A DNA stretch of 64,000 nt. Source: Escherichia phage phiC120. The notes below the pieces were generated by a model. The model was not told the origin of the DNA, did no database searches, and was given only the letters and a program-made list of their open reading frames with translations. Positions within the stretch are counted from its first letter, which is position 1. The number at the start of each line of letters is the position of its first letter. Where the stretch lies: sequence record KY703222, one strand, 5' to 3'. Made by a program: the position numbers and the translations under genes. Shown one piece after another: positions 8,934 to 19,090 of the stretch.

Positions 8934-10703
8934 AACCTGAAGAAATGAAATCCATGCGTAGAAATAAGGTCATTGCCGATAATAAACCACAAAAAGTAGC
9001 TGCAACAGCAGCTACCGATTCATTAGAAGCATTGAATGATATTTCATCAAAACTAGACGATGTCCAAGCCGCGTCTGAACTCACATCGCAAAGTGTAGAA
9101 GATAAAGGCAACGGAATTATTGAATCAATTGGAGACTTAAAGAATTCTACAGATAATACTGCTGAAGGCACAGAGCTTATCGCAGAAGTTATTGAAAAAC
9201 AAACTGAAGTCACTAAAAGTATAAACGAAGTTTCTAGTGCAATAAGCTCTAAGTTAGACCGATTAGCTACATTATTAGAGCAAAAATTACAAACATCCAC
9301 CGCTATTCAAAATACAGGAGGCACCTCTCTTGAAGTAATTGAGAACGCAATACCTGTTAAAGTGGTTGAGAACGAAACTTCTGATGAGTTGTTTAAAGCA
9401 TTACCTACACCTGAAAAGATTGATAATAAGCCAGACGAAGATTTCTTCCCAGCACCGGTTCAAGAAAGTGCTAATTCTACTTCCGATTCTAAAGGCGGAA
9501 TTAGCTTTAAATTGAGTGATAAAATTGCAATGCTCACCAAAACAGTTCAAGCCGGGTTTAATAAATCAATATCAATTTCAGACAGAATTGCTGGAATGCT
9601 TTTCAAATACACTATAACGGCTGCTATTGAAGCAGCAAAAATGGCCGCACTTATTCTTGGTATTGTTATCGGTATTGATTTATTGATAGTCCATTTCAAA
9701 TACTGGACAGACAAGTTCACTTCTGCCTGGGATTTATTTGATGAAAACTTTACTAAATTCTCCGACGAAGCTAAAGAGTGGGGTAAATTCTTAAGCGATA
9801 TATTCACTTCTATTGACTCGATAAAACAATTGTGGGAAGCTGGAGACTGGGGTGGTTTAACCGTTGCTATTGTCAAAGGTGTAGGAACAGCATTAATGAA
9901 CTTAGGTGAACTAATTCAATTAGGAATGGCTAAACTCTCCGCGTCTATATTGCGTGCTATAGGTTTTGGTGATACCGCGGACGAAATAGAAGGACGTGCT
10001 TTAGAAGGATTCCAAGAAACTACTGGGAACAAATTAAAGAAAGAAGACCAAGAGAAAGTCGCCAAATATCAAATGAAGCGTGACGACGGGGAATTAGGAA
10101 CCGTTTCTAAAGGTCTTGATATGTTACAACGCGGCAAAACATTCGTTACTAACTGGGTTCGTGGTAATGACAATAAAGAAGAGTTTAGTACAAGCGATGA
10201 GCGTGCTGCAGAATCGGCAAAATTAAAAGAGTTACCTGAAGAGGAACGTAAAGAGGCATATATAAAAGCTAATGAAACTCGGGCGGCCTTAGTTAGATTT
10301 GAGGATTATATCGATAAAATCGATATGACTAATCCGGAAAATGCTAAAAACGTTGAGAAGTCTTATGCCGATTTAAGTAAACTTATTAAAGACCCTGAAC
10401 TTAATAAAACTCCTGTTGTTAAAAAGGAATTAGATGCTAGATTTGAAAAGCTAAATAATAAAATGGCTGAAGCAAAAAAAAACTCAGACAACAGTTAAGC
10501 CTGAATCTTCAACTAAATCTCCGGAAGCAAAACAAGTTCAGTCAATAGAGAAAGGACGTGCTTCTGAATCTAAACAACAGCAACCGGTAGCGACGATTAG
10601 TAACACAAATAATGTCGTCAAAAAGAATACCGTAGTCCAGAATATGACCCCTGTAACAAGTACAACGGCTCCTGGAATTTTCCATGCCACCGGTGTTAAT
10701 TAA
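8930..10703 (+). CDS. 29: gp29 baseplate hub / tail-length determinator, interrupted by a frameshift at an A9 tract (522-aa N-terminal ORF plus 73-codon C-terminal frame)
   Basis: 8930..10498 is open; the next frame is open from 10482 to the stop at 10701..10703 just before the gene 48 RBS; removing one A joins them into exactly 590 aa, the length remembered for T4 gp29. Confidence 0.75.
10474..10482 (+). other. A9 homopolymer at the gene 29 frameshift site
   Basis: Nine consecutive A at the junction of the two gp29 reading frames. Confidence 0.8.
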
Positions 10704-10711
10704 GGATTATT

Positions 10712-11821
10712 ATGATTAGTGTAAAAGAAATAGTAGTAGATGCAAAGGATTTAAATAAAGCAATCCCAGTCTCAGAAAGTGCTGGGCAAAGCACTAAAAC
10801 CGAAACAACTACTAAAACTTATGTTGCTCAATTTCCTACAGGAAGAGCAGCCGGAAATGACTCCACAGGAGACTTCCAGGTAACAGACCTTTATAAGAAC
10901 GGATTATTATTTACCGCGTACAATATGTCTGCACGCGATTCAGGATCCCTAAGAAATTTACGTCCGGCATATGCCAGGACTTCATCTAATGGTATCTTAT
11001 CAGATTTAACTGATAACGTGAAAGATGCAGTGACTAAATTCTCAAACGGATTGCTTCCTGCCGGAGCTAATAAATCTACTATAAATAAAACTCCTGTTGC
11101 TAATATCCTTTTGCCGCGTTCCAAATCTGACGTTGATACAACTTCGCATCGTTTTAATGATATCGGTGATAGCCTTATTACTAAAGGTGGAGGTACTGCT
11201 ACAGGTGTTTTAAGTAACATTGCTTCTACTGCAGTCTTTGGTGCATTAGATTCTATTACTCAAGGTCTTATGGCTGATAATAACGAACAGATTTATACGA
11301 CTTCTCGTAGTATGTACGGCGGTGCTGAGAACCGTACTAAAGTCTTTACATGGGATTTAACTCCACGTTCAACTGAAGACCTTATGGCTATTATAAACAT
11401 TTACCAATATTTTAACTATTTCTCATATGGCGAGACCGGTAAATCACAATACGCCCAAGAGATTAAAAGTTATTTAGACGAATGGTACCGTTCAACGTTT
11501 ATTGAGCCTATGACACCAGACGATGCTGTAAAAAATAAGACATTGTTTGAAAAGATTACTGCGTCATTAACAAACGTATTAGTTGTAAGCAACCCTACGA
11601 TTTGGATGGTTAAAAACTTTGGACACACATCTAAATTTGACGGGTTAACTGATGTATTTGGCCCATGTCAAATTCAAAGCGTACGTTTTGATAAAACTCC
11701 AAATGGACAATTTAATGGTCTCGCTGTTGCTCCTAACTTACCATCAACATTTACGTTAGAGATAACAATGCGAGAAATTATTACATTAAACCGTTCTTCA
11801 CTTTATGCGGGGACTTTCTAA
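10712..11821 (+). CDS. 48: gp48 baseplate tail-tube cap
   Basis: 369 aa (T4 gp48 about 364 aa); RBS AAGGA; gene order 29-48-54. Confidence 0.85.
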   Translation: MISVKEIVVDAKDLNKAIPVSESAGQSTKTETTTKTYVAQFPTGRAAGNDSTGDFQVTDLYKNGLLFTAYNMSARDSGSLRNLRPAYARTSSNGILSDLTDNVKDAVTKFSNGLLPAGANKSTINKTPVANILLPRSKSDVDTTSHRFNDIGDSLITKGGGTATGVLSNIASTAVFGALDSITQGLMADNNEQIYTTSRSMYGGAENRTKVFTWDLTPRSTEDLMAIINIYQYFNYFSYGETGKSQYAQEIKSYLDEWYRSTFIEPMTPDDAVKNKTLFEKITASLTNVLVVSNPTIWMVKNFGHTSKFDGLTDVFGPCQIQSVRFDKTPNGQFNGLAVAPNLPSTFTLEITMREIITLNRSSLYAGTF

Positions 11822-12783
11822 TGTACTCTTTAGAAGAATTTAATAACCAAGCTATAAATGCAGATTTCCAACGAAACAATATGTTTAGTTGTGTATTTGC
11901 TACTACACCGTCGACCAAATCGTCTTCACTAATTTCGTCAATTGGTAGTTTTGCTTATAATAACTTAGGGTTGGATTCCGATTGGCTAGGATTGACTCAA
12001 GGTGATATCAATCAGGGCGTAACAACCCTGATTACAGCAGGAACACAGAAATTAATTCGAAAATCAGGTGTAAGTAAATATCTGATTGGAGCAATGAGTC
12101 AACGTACGGTACAAAGCTTGTTAGGTGAATTCACAGTAGGAGCTTATCTGATAGACTTCTTCAATATGGCATATAATAATACAGGTTTAATGATTTATTC
12201 TGTAAAAATGCCTGAGAACCGATTATCTTATGAAACAGATTTCAACTATAACTCACCGAACATCCGAATTACCGGTCGTGAAATGGACCCGTTAGTAATA
12301 AGCTTTAGAATGGATTCCGAAGCATCTAACTTTAGAGCAATGCAAGACTGGGTAAACTCAGTCCAAGACCCTGTAACAGGTCTTCGTGCTTTACCGCAAG
12401 ACGTCGAAGCAGATATTCAGGTTAATTTACATGCACGAAATGGTTTACCACATACCGCTGTCATGTTCACCGGATGTATTCCTGTTAGTGTCTCTTCTCC
12501 TGAGTTAACGTATGATGGTGATAATCAGATAACAGTTTTTGATGTAACATTTGCTTATCGCGTTATGCAATCAGGTGCTGTAAATAGGCAGGCCGCTTTA
12601 GAATGGCTGGAATCAGGACTTATTAGTAGCGTTTCAGGAATGTTTGGGAATAATCAAAATGATTCTGGGCTAGGAAGTGCGGTATCAAGACTTTCTAGAT
12701 TAGGTGGGACTGCTGGAGGTGTGTCTAATATAAACACATTGACAGGTGTGGTGAATTCTGCATCAAGAGTTTTAGGTCTATAA
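11821..12783 (+). CDS. 54: gp54 baseplate tail-tube initiator
   Basis: 320 aa (T4 gp54 is 320 aa); 1-nt overlap with gene 48. Confidence 0.85.
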   Translation: MYSLEEFNNQAINADFQRNNMFSCVFATTPSTKSSSLISSIGSFAYNNLGLDSDWLGLTQGDINQGVTTLITAGTQKLIRKSGVSKYLIGAMSQRTVQSLLGEFTVGAYLIDFFNMAYNNTGLMIYSVKMPENRLSYETDFNYNSPNIRITGREMDPLVISFRMDSEASNFRAMQDWVNSVQDPVTGLRALPQDVEADIQVNLHARNGLPHTAVMFTGCIPVSVSSPELTYDGDNQITVFDVTFAYRVMQSGAVNRQAALEWLESGLISSVSGMFGNNQNDSGLGSAVSRLSRLGGTAGGVSNINTLTGVVNSASRVLGL

Positions 12784-12790
12784 GAAAAAA

Positions 12791-12807
12791 GGGAGACGTT
12801 GTCTCCC
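12791..12807. terminator. bidirectional terminator hairpin GGGAGACGTTGTCTCCC between gene 54 and the alt-side ORF
   Basis: Perfect stem-loop flanked by A-run upstream and T-run downstream. Confidence 0.6.
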
Positions 12808-12816
12808 TTTAGGGGT

Positions 12817-13110
12817 TTATTTACGGAATGAAAGAAATGCTGGTGCTCGGAATGGAGTATCATCTTTAGAGTATTTAACTAATACGACCATTGGTACCTC
12901 TGTTTCTAAATGACCTGTCAGCACACCGATAAAAATTTGATCAGTGTGCTCAGGGTCACGAAAGTTTTTAAGAGGTTCCATAGCAATATGGAATGCACCT
13001 GGGAATACTCGATTCAATTCGTCAATCACAGCTTCGTTAAAAACATCATCCGCTGGGATAACATCTTCAACTACTAGTTCTTGACCATTAAAGCGAAGCA
13101 TAGATTTCAT
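12817..13110 (-). CDS. hypothetical protein downstream of alt (97 aa from internal Met)
   Basis: ORF 12817..13182 in track; start revised to 13110 (MKSMLRF...) because an early promoter and RBS GAGGAAAA lie inside the longer version. Confidence 0.5.
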   Translation of the reverse strand: MKSMLRFNGQELVVEDVIPADDVFNEAVIDELNRVFPGAFHIAMEPLKNFRDPEHTDQIFIGVLTGHLETEVPMVVLVKYSKDDTPFRAPAFLSFRK

Positions 13111-13138
13111 AACGTTTTCCTCATGTTGTTGATAGGAT

Positions 13139-13169
13139 GATAGTATCACACATCCATGTGCTTGTAAAC
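13139..13169 (-). promoter_or_regulatory. early-type promoter (GTTTAC -35, TACTAT -10) upstream of 12817..13110
   Basis: Minus strand reads GTTTAC-N18-TACTAT followed by RBS and ATG; same motif family recurs at 23600 and elsewhere. Confidence 0.5.
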
Positions 13170-15256
13170 TATCCTTGAACAAATTTAAACGGAACCGATT
13201 CCAAATCCATTAAAGATGCTAACAGTTTCAAACCTTTAGGTGCACTAGTTTTTTCTACAAATGAAGAGAATGATACCGGCTCATCTGATTCGATTTCACC
13301 CGTCATAGCAACCACTTCGCCTGTTTCCATGAGAACATCACCATCGTAAATGACAGCTTCGTCCAACTGGTCTGAGGACATGACTTCAGCTTGAATAAAT
13401 TTAAGGTTGGATTCTAAACCTGCACCAGTGTCAGATGACGCATCTGTAATTTTATTTATCTGCAAGAGAATGCCTCTAGGCAAAATAATTTCTTGCTCAT
13501 TAGGGTGATTACTCAACTGTCCTGGATAAATCACGTTAACTTTATGAGCGCCATCAATAGCCCATCCAACGTTAACACGGATTTGTTCTGGTGCATGCAT
13601 AGCTGTTCTTACTTGACTAGGAGAAATAGTAACACCTTCGTCATTATTGTCAATGTTAAGCTCTTTGCGAACTTCTTCAGGAGCAAGTCCAAGGGCAACG
13701 TTTTCTTTAAACCCGCCAAAAATAATAGGAGCTAATGAAGTAGAAACATAGTTTCTGAAGTAGAATACCTTATTTTTAACCATTGCTTCGTAAATAGGCA
13801 TTCTGATAGACTGAGCTCTATACAACGTTAATCCTTCAGGTAAACGGTCTCCATTTAAAAACGCCGAATCAAGACCATCAATAGCGCGTTTAACTTCATC
13901 TTCATCTGCAACATCATAAAAATCCGGTTTATAGCGACCTAACAACATATTATTGATATCGGTATACGCAGAAGAGGCATATTCACGAATAGCTCGTTTT
14001 TCAGCAACAGAGTATTGTTTAGGGTCCCGATTCATTGTTATATTAAAGGTGCCTCTAGCCGATTCTCGTGCATAAGTATACATCACATTAGACAAGAACG
14101 CTGATTTACGTTGTTTCCAAGTTTTTTCAGATACTTCAGCTAAAACGTCATCAGCCAGTTGGAAATTATCTCGTCTAAAATCTTCAAACCATTCGTCTCT
14201 AATAGAGTCTGCAATTTCGTTTGCAGCTTCAACAAAAGCAGCTAATGCTTTAACAGATGTTGTTTTTTCGGTTTTAATTTTCTTAGCAAACTTTTCTAAA
14301 GTCGGCTTAATAACACTACCATAAGAAACTTCATCAGCAAATCTAAAGGATTCATCAATACGATTATAAATCTTATTTTCGATATCAGCAACTAAAGTGC
14401 CTTTTGCTGTGGACGATGCTTGGGCTAGTACGATTTCATATGCTTCAGGAAGTAATTCGGCTGTAGCCGGGCCACTAACTTCTTTAGCAGAATTTTCGTA
14501 TTTCTGGAATAACTCACCTTCTTGTCGGTCAGCTTCTAAAGATTGGCTCGCGGCAATAGCGCGACGAGAAATTTTAGTACGAGCAATAACAGGCTTATCT
14601 TTACGTTTTTCTTCTACAGCAGCAATAGAACCAGCGATAGCCGTTTCTTTGGTGACTTTTTCGCCAGTCTTTTTACTCACATAAACTTCACCAACATCAG
14701 AATCTACTTTCGTGTACAACTCTGTGTTAATGTTAGGGATGCCTTTAATATCTTCAATGTTGGCATTTTTACGAACCATCATCACATATGTGTGTTTACC
14801 TGTGAATTGATACATTGCAGACAATACTTTAAAACGACCACCAGTTTTAGTAGAAACTAAACGAGCAAGAAGAGTTTGAAGTTGTTGTCCACGTCCTTTC
14901 AATTTCTTGGTAGGAAATCGGAACAGAACTGCATCCATACGAAGAGCTTTAACCTGTTCATACACTGTATTGAAAATGGTGTTGATTGCATCAATAGGAG
15001 CAGGACCAAGGCCATTTTTCAATTCAGCGAGATTACCCTTTTCAGATAGACTCATAATAACAACATGAGCGTATTTGTCGCCAAGTTTAACTTGTTTTAC
15101 AGCATCACCTTCGGAAAGGTAAGAGAATAAGCGAACTACAATGTTTGTATCGATATCACCAATTTTCCAGACTTGTGGAACTTTAGCTTTAGGGTTCAAA
15201 TTGACGACAGGAAGACTGCCTTCAGATTCAAACACTTCATTTAATTGTTCAGACAT
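13169..15256 (-). CDS. alt: Alt ADP-ribosyltransferase (virion-packaged, modifies host RNA polymerase)
   Basis: 695 aa (T4 Alt about 682 aa); position between gene 54 and DNA ligase as in T4; ART-like region near FYFRNYVSTSL. Confidence 0.8.
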   Translation of the reverse strand: MSEQLNEVFESEGSLPVVNLNPKAKVPQVWKIGDIDTNIVVRLFSYLSEGDAVKQVKLGDKYAHVVIMSLSEKGNLAELKNGLGPAPIDAINTIFNTVYEQVKALRMDAVLFRFPTKKLKGRGQQLQTLLARLVSTKTGGRFKVLSAMYQFTGKHTYVMMVRKNANIEDIKGIPNINTELYTKVDSDVGEVYVSKKTGEKVTKETAIAGSIAAVEEKRKDKPVIARTKISRRAIAASQSLEADRQEGELFQKYENSAKEVSGPATAELLPEAYEIVLAQASSTAKGTLVADIENKIYNRIDESFRFADEVSYGSVIKPTLEKFAKKIKTEKTTSVKALAAFVEAANEIADSIRDEWFEDFRRDNFQLADDVLAEVSEKTWKQRKSAFLSNVMYTYARESARGTFNITMNRDPKQYSVAEKRAIREYASSAYTDINNMLLGRYKPDFYDVADEDEVKRAIDGLDSAFLNGDRLPEGLTLYRAQSIRMPIYEAMVKNKVFYFRNYVSTSLAPIIFGGFKENVALGLAPEEVRKELNIDNNDEGVTISPSQVRTAMHAPEQIRVNVGWAIDGAHKVNVIYPGQLSNHPNEQEIILPRGILLQINKITDASSDTGAGLESNLKFIQAEVMSSDQLDEAVIYDGDVLMETGEVVAMTGEIESDEPVSFSSFVEKTSAPKGLKLLASLMDLESVPFKFVQG

Positions 15257-15296
15257 AGTGTTTTCCTTTTAGTAATAATTTATATTTATGCCAAAA

Positions 15297-15312
15297 AGAG
15301 CCCGAAGGCTCT
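15297..15312 (-). terminator. hairpin AGAGCCCGAAGGCTCT with T-run on minus strand
   Basis: Perfect inverted repeat with CGAA loop; T-run follows on minus strand. Confidence 0.45.
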
Positions 15313-15500
15313 TAATCCACAATCGGGAGCAAAGTACGATAAACTTCAAAATTAGGGCCTTTTTCGTACCCATTAACGTTATCTACGAAAACCCGATACG
15401 AATTTTCATTAGGAAAATCTAATATAATCTGAGAGCAAGAGGTGGAAACATCTCCACCATCCTTCTTAGCTACAATAACTGTTTCTAAATAAGCTTTCAT
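15312..15500 (-). CDS. hypothetical small protein (62 aa) between DNA ligase and alt
   Basis: ORF 15312..15521 in track; internal Met at 15500 gives a TAATG overlap with the ligase stop. Confidence 0.4.
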   Translation of the reverse strand: MKAYLETVIVAKKDGGDVSTSCSQIILDFPNENSYRVFVDNVNGYEKGPNFEVYRTLLPIVD

Positions 15501-16993
15501 TATAAACCTGTCTGGGACCACGGTCCAAATACGTCTTCAAATGAATCCGCTTCTGTTTTATCAAAACGGAACCCTTTAATAATTGGAAGGAAAATACCTA
15601 CAGTGCCTTCACGTCCTTTAGAATGAACCCAACCATTGCATTCACAATCAGCAATACGTCCAATCAATTTACCTTCACGAGCTTCAGCCATTAATCGTTC
15701 ACGGTCTAAATCATGACGCTCATCTAAAGGAATAAGAACCTTTACACCATCAACTGTTTTATGAGTTGTATCTTTAAACCCTGAACCACAATCGGTTGTA
15801 ATACGACGACAACGTGATACGAGTTCGACACCACCTAATTTGTTAGGGTCTTTAGAGTGTTCATAATATCCCACAACTTCTAAAGCGATATCAATAACTT
15901 CTTTAAATTTAATTAGGTTCTTAGAGCGTTTGTTTTCCCAATATGAATCACGGTTTTTAAGGATAATACCTTCAAGACCTTGGTCAACATATTTTTTATA
16001 AACCACTTTAGCTTCGTCAAGATTACGAACTAACTGATTTTCAATTGGCTCAATTCGCTTAAAGCCTTCAGCCATATTTTCAAGAGCAGCAAAACGAACA
16101 TCGTATTTCTGACCTTTAATTTTGCCATCAGAATAGACTTCATCTAAAGGAACATAGTCCCAGGCTTGAAGAACCATACCTTCAGCTTCTTTAGGAGAAA
16201 TAGTCCCTTGAAGAGATTTATTTGCTAAACCGTTTGAAGTGCTACGGTCTGCAACTTGTACTTCTTCGGATTCTTCATTATCGCCAAATAAGAACGACAG
16301 GTCATTTCCTGAGCTCACAGCCTTTTTAATATCAAATGAATGATAAACTAATTCGCCGTCGATTAAAACCCCATTAGGGTGTCTTTCACGAGCTTCTTTA
16401 GTCATTTCCATTAGTTCATCTGCTAATAGGGTAAGACCATGGTATTCATTACCAGCACGAGAAAAGAATTGAACACCATCATCGCGAACTTCAGCGAAAC
16501 AACGAGCACCATCTGCTTTTAATTGAGCAAATGCAGGCCATTTAATATTTTTAGTAATCAATTTCTCGTCATATGCAGATGCTAACATCTGCGGTTGCAA
16601 TTGAATAAGTCCAGGCCATACCTTATTCGCGATAGACACTGAAGCACCTACTTCAAGGTCGCGCATCATTACACGACGTAGTACTTCAACATCATCAGGT
16701 TTACCGTCAGCGATATAACCCATGAGCTCTTTAATTGCAGCATTACCGGTGAGTTTACGAGTGGCTAATGTGAACTCAATAAAATCCAACATGTCATCTA
16801 ATTCAAGAAGACCATACGCTTGAGACCTTTCACCTGGTCCTGGCCATTTCTTAATATAATACTGGATACCACGTGCATATGTTAAACGATACACACGTTC
16901 AAGTAATTTGTTGTCCTTATTTTTCTTAAGGATTTCCTGTTTTGTTTTAGTAGAACCGATCGCAGCTATTTGGTTTAAAATATCTAAAATCAT
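15500..16993 (-). CDS. 30: DNA ligase (gp30), ATP-dependent
   Basis: 497 aa; MILDILNQIAAIGSTKTKQEILKKNKDNKLLERVYRLTY... close to remembered T4 DNA ligase; KADGAR adenylation motif. Confidence 0.95.
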   Translation of the reverse strand: MILDILNQIAAIGSTKTKQEILKKNKDNKLLERVYRLTYARGIQYYIKKWPGPGERSQAYGLLELDDMLDFIEFTLATRKLTGNAAIKELMGYIADGKPDDVEVLRRVMMRDLEVGASVSIANKVWPGLIQLQPQMLASAYDEKLITKNIKWPAFAQLKADGARCFAEVRDDGVQFFSRAGNEYHGLTLLADELMEMTKEARERHPNGVLIDGELVYHSFDIKKAVSSGNDLSFLFGDNEESEEVQVADRSTSNGLANKSLQGTISPKEAEGMVLQAWDYVPLDEVYSDGKIKGQKYDVRFAALENMAEGFKRIEPIENQLVRNLDEAKVVYKKYVDQGLEGIILKNRDSYWENKRSKNLIKFKEVIDIALEVVGYYEHSKDPNKLGGVELVSRCRRITTDCGSGFKDTTHKTVDGVKVLIPLDERHDLDRERLMAEAREGKLIGRIADCECNGWVHSKGREGTVGIFLPIIKGFRFDKTEADSFEDVFGPWSQTGL

Positions 16994-17259
16994 TTGATAT
17001 CCTCGATTTTGGTTACGGTTCTATTATAAGCCACTTCATCTAGAAGCGATTTCAGCGTTTTCTGATAAGTGGTAATCCGTTTACCGAGTCCTTCAACATA
17101 ATATTCTGAAATGTAGATAAACCCTTGTTCAACACACTCTTTAAATATTTCTGCGTCTTTTACTGAACGAAACATTGGCCAGTCTCGAAAGAACATGTTA
17201 ACGTGACCGTAGTCACGCGTTGTGTTTTTGCCATCTGTAATATCATGAACTACAAACAT
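16990..17259 (-). CDS. hypothetical protein (89 aa), 30.1 position
   Basis: ORF with ATGA overlap to the ligase gene. Confidence 0.45.
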   Translation of the reverse strand: MFVVHDITDGKNTTRDYGHVNMFFRDWPMFRSVKDAEIFKECVEQGFIYISEYYVEGLGKRITTYQKTLKSLLDEVAYNRTVTKIEDIK

Positions 17260-17268
17260 AATTAACCC

Positions 17269-18093
17269 TTAACAATTTATAGACCAAGTCCATTTAGACG
17301 AATCTAAAGGAAAGTTTTGAATCGTCCACCATGGCTGCATATCGGTTGGTCCTGGGGTTCGCCAGGTATATGGAGTACGTGTTGTCGAGGGGCCACCAAT
17401 TTGATTAGGCCATGCACCTGGACTTGTTGCACCAGATTCTTTAAGCAAATCCGCCAATCGTTTTAAAAGGTCTTCACGATCTGAATCTGAATTATGCTCG
17501 GGTGGAACCAAACGAGATTCAATATCATCCCACGTGTGTACACGTTGTGCAGTACGAGGAATATCATCACGTTCACCACGGGCCAACCAATAAATCGGTA
17601 CATTAAGAATTTCTGCCGCATGGTCACAATGATGAGCTAAATCGTCAACATAACAAATCACGTTATATTTTGTTTTAGCTAGTTCGAATAATTGTTCTTT
17701 TGAAGAATCATGACCACACATCATTACTTCAGAGAAAGCGCCTGGGAACAAAGCGTTCAAATTAAATTGTCTATTCAATCGAGCATCAATTGAATCACCT
17801 AGCGCCGTCACGGCTACAAAATTATAGTCTTCTTTTAGTTTATTGATAACTCGAAGAGCATCTGAATAAGGCGCTAAGTAACGAATAAAATCAGAGCGAT
17901 TATATTTTTCTATTAATTGTTTACCGAGGTTATCGTCGGTATTGAATAGTTTACCAGGAGAAATAAATTTTTCGTCCTGAATCATTTTTAAAATATGTTC
18001 TAATGGAAGATTATATTTTTGGGCAAAATAAGGAAGTCCAGATTGCCAGCTTAAACATACACCATCAATATCAGTCAAAATAGTAGGCTTCAT
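17269..18093 (-). CDS. HAD-like hydrolase motif protein, 30.2 position
   Basis: 274 aa; N-terminal ILTDIDGV resembles HAD motif I (DxDG); later ICYVDD resembles motif IV. Confidence 0.5.
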   Translation of the reverse strand: MKPTILTDIDGVCLSWQSGLPYFAQKYNLPLEHILKMIQDEKFISPGKLFNTDDNLGKQLIEKYNRSDFIRYLAPYSDALRVINKLKEDYNFVAVTALGDSIDARLNRQFNLNALFPGAFSEVMMCGHDSSKEQLFELAKTKYNVICYVDDLAHHCDHAAEILNVPIYWLARGERDDIPRTAQRVHTWDDIESRLVPPEHNSDSDREDLLKRLADLLKESGATSPGAWPNQIGGPSTTRTPYTWRTPGPTDMQPWWTIQNFPLDSSKWTWSINC

Positions 18094-18557
18094 AAAGAGT
18101 CTCTTAATAGGTTTAACACATCGATAAATTCAGCTTCAGTTAGTATTGTATCATCTTTTGTTAGGTGGCTGGCCATGCTATGCTTCAAAATTTTTCCTTT
18201 AGAGGCTTGTAAGGCATCGCGAAACCCCTTGTTTTGGATCGCTGCTTCAAAATATGCATTTGTGTATAATTCTTTCCATGCTTCAGAGTATCTTGAAAAC
18301 GGAACTCCTAACCAGAAGAGAGTTCCACGGTCCTGAGCTCTTGCATAAGACCTTCCGGCTTGCTGTGCAACCAATCCAGATAACCCAAATATACGTCTTT
18401 GTTGTTCAACATTTTTCACCTTACATCCTTGGAGAAATCCTTCAAGACCTCCGAATTGAATACCATCCATAACAAAAGGCCATTGAGCAAAGTTACTTAG
18501 TGCACATGACGGCCACTTGAAATTGCTTCTTATCTCTAACTCAGACATCTTTAACAC
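18090..18557 (-). CDS. NADAR/YbiA-like (DUF1768) domain protein, 30.3 position
   Basis: 155 aa; SNFAQWPFVMDGIQFGGLEGFLQGCK parallels the E. coli YbiA core FSNFAAWPIKVDGKTWPTSEHYFQAQK as remembered. Confidence 0.6.
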   Translation of the reverse strand: MLKMSELEIRSNFKWPSCALSNFAQWPFVMDGIQFGGLEGFLQGCKVKNVEQQRRIFGLSGLVAQQAGRSYARAQDRGTLFWLGVPFSRYSEAWKELYTNAYFEAAIQNKGFRDALQASKGKILKHSMASHLTKDDTILTEAEFIDVLNLLRDSL

Positions 18558-18759
18558 TTATAATTTCAACATCAGCCCAATGGCCGTATCCTGGTATACG
18601 GTCTTCGATAGATAAATTTCCGTCATTTTTAGGCATTTTAATTGACGTAACGTATGGTTCTAAACGGTTTTCTGCATAATATGGAAAAACGTCCGTCACA
18701 CGATAAGTAACTTCAATCATTTCTGTACCAAACAATTTCTGGATTAATTTTTTAAGCAT
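18541..18759 (-). CDS. hypothetical small protein (72 aa)
   Basis: ORF in a tightly packed minus-strand early cluster. Confidence 0.4.
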   Translation of the reverse strand: MLKKLIQKLFGTEMIEVTYRVTDVFPYYAENRLEPYVTSIKMPKNDGNLSIEDRIPGYGHWADVEIISVKDV

Positions 18760-18763
18760 TTTA

Positions 18764-19051
18764 TTAGAACCTCATCTGAAAGCCGTGTGATTTAACATTA
18801 CCGCCGCCAATATCAGAAATGTTAATTTCACTTGCAATCGAAGGATCGATGTCAATTTCACGATTAAGTTTAGTGATAGCTAAAGTATCATGTCCATTTA
18901 CTGTACGAAACTCCAAAGGACATACTACGTTGACATAGTGTTTAATTGACTCGCTAGTAGGTTGCAAATGGGCCGGAAGGTCTTTAGGTGCTTTAGAGAA
19001 AACAACTTCACAAAAGTTTTTGCGGGTATCAAAATAAGTGGTCATAAACAT
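18764..19051 (-). CDS. hypothetical protein (95 aa)
   Basis: ORF in a tightly packed minus-strand early cluster. Confidence 0.4.
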   Translation of the reverse strand: MFMTTYFDTRKNFCEVVFSKAPKDLPAHLQPTSESIKHYVNVVCPLEFRTVNGHDTLAITKLNREIDIDPSIASEINISDIGGGNVKSHGFQMRF

Positions 19052-19067
19052 AATATTTTCCTCAATT

Positions 19068-19083
19068 GGGAGCCGAAGCTCCC
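19068..19083 (-). terminator. hairpin GGGAGCCGAAGCTCCC (intercistronic)
   Basis: Perfect inverted repeat with CGAA loop between two ORFs. Confidence 0.45.
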
Positions 19084-19090
19084 AGTTAAA

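Noticed and set aside
9547-11220. Minus-strand 109-aa ORFs antisense to genes 29 and 48
   Set aside because: Embedded in strongly supported late structural genes on the opposite strand, with no start context; considered spurious.
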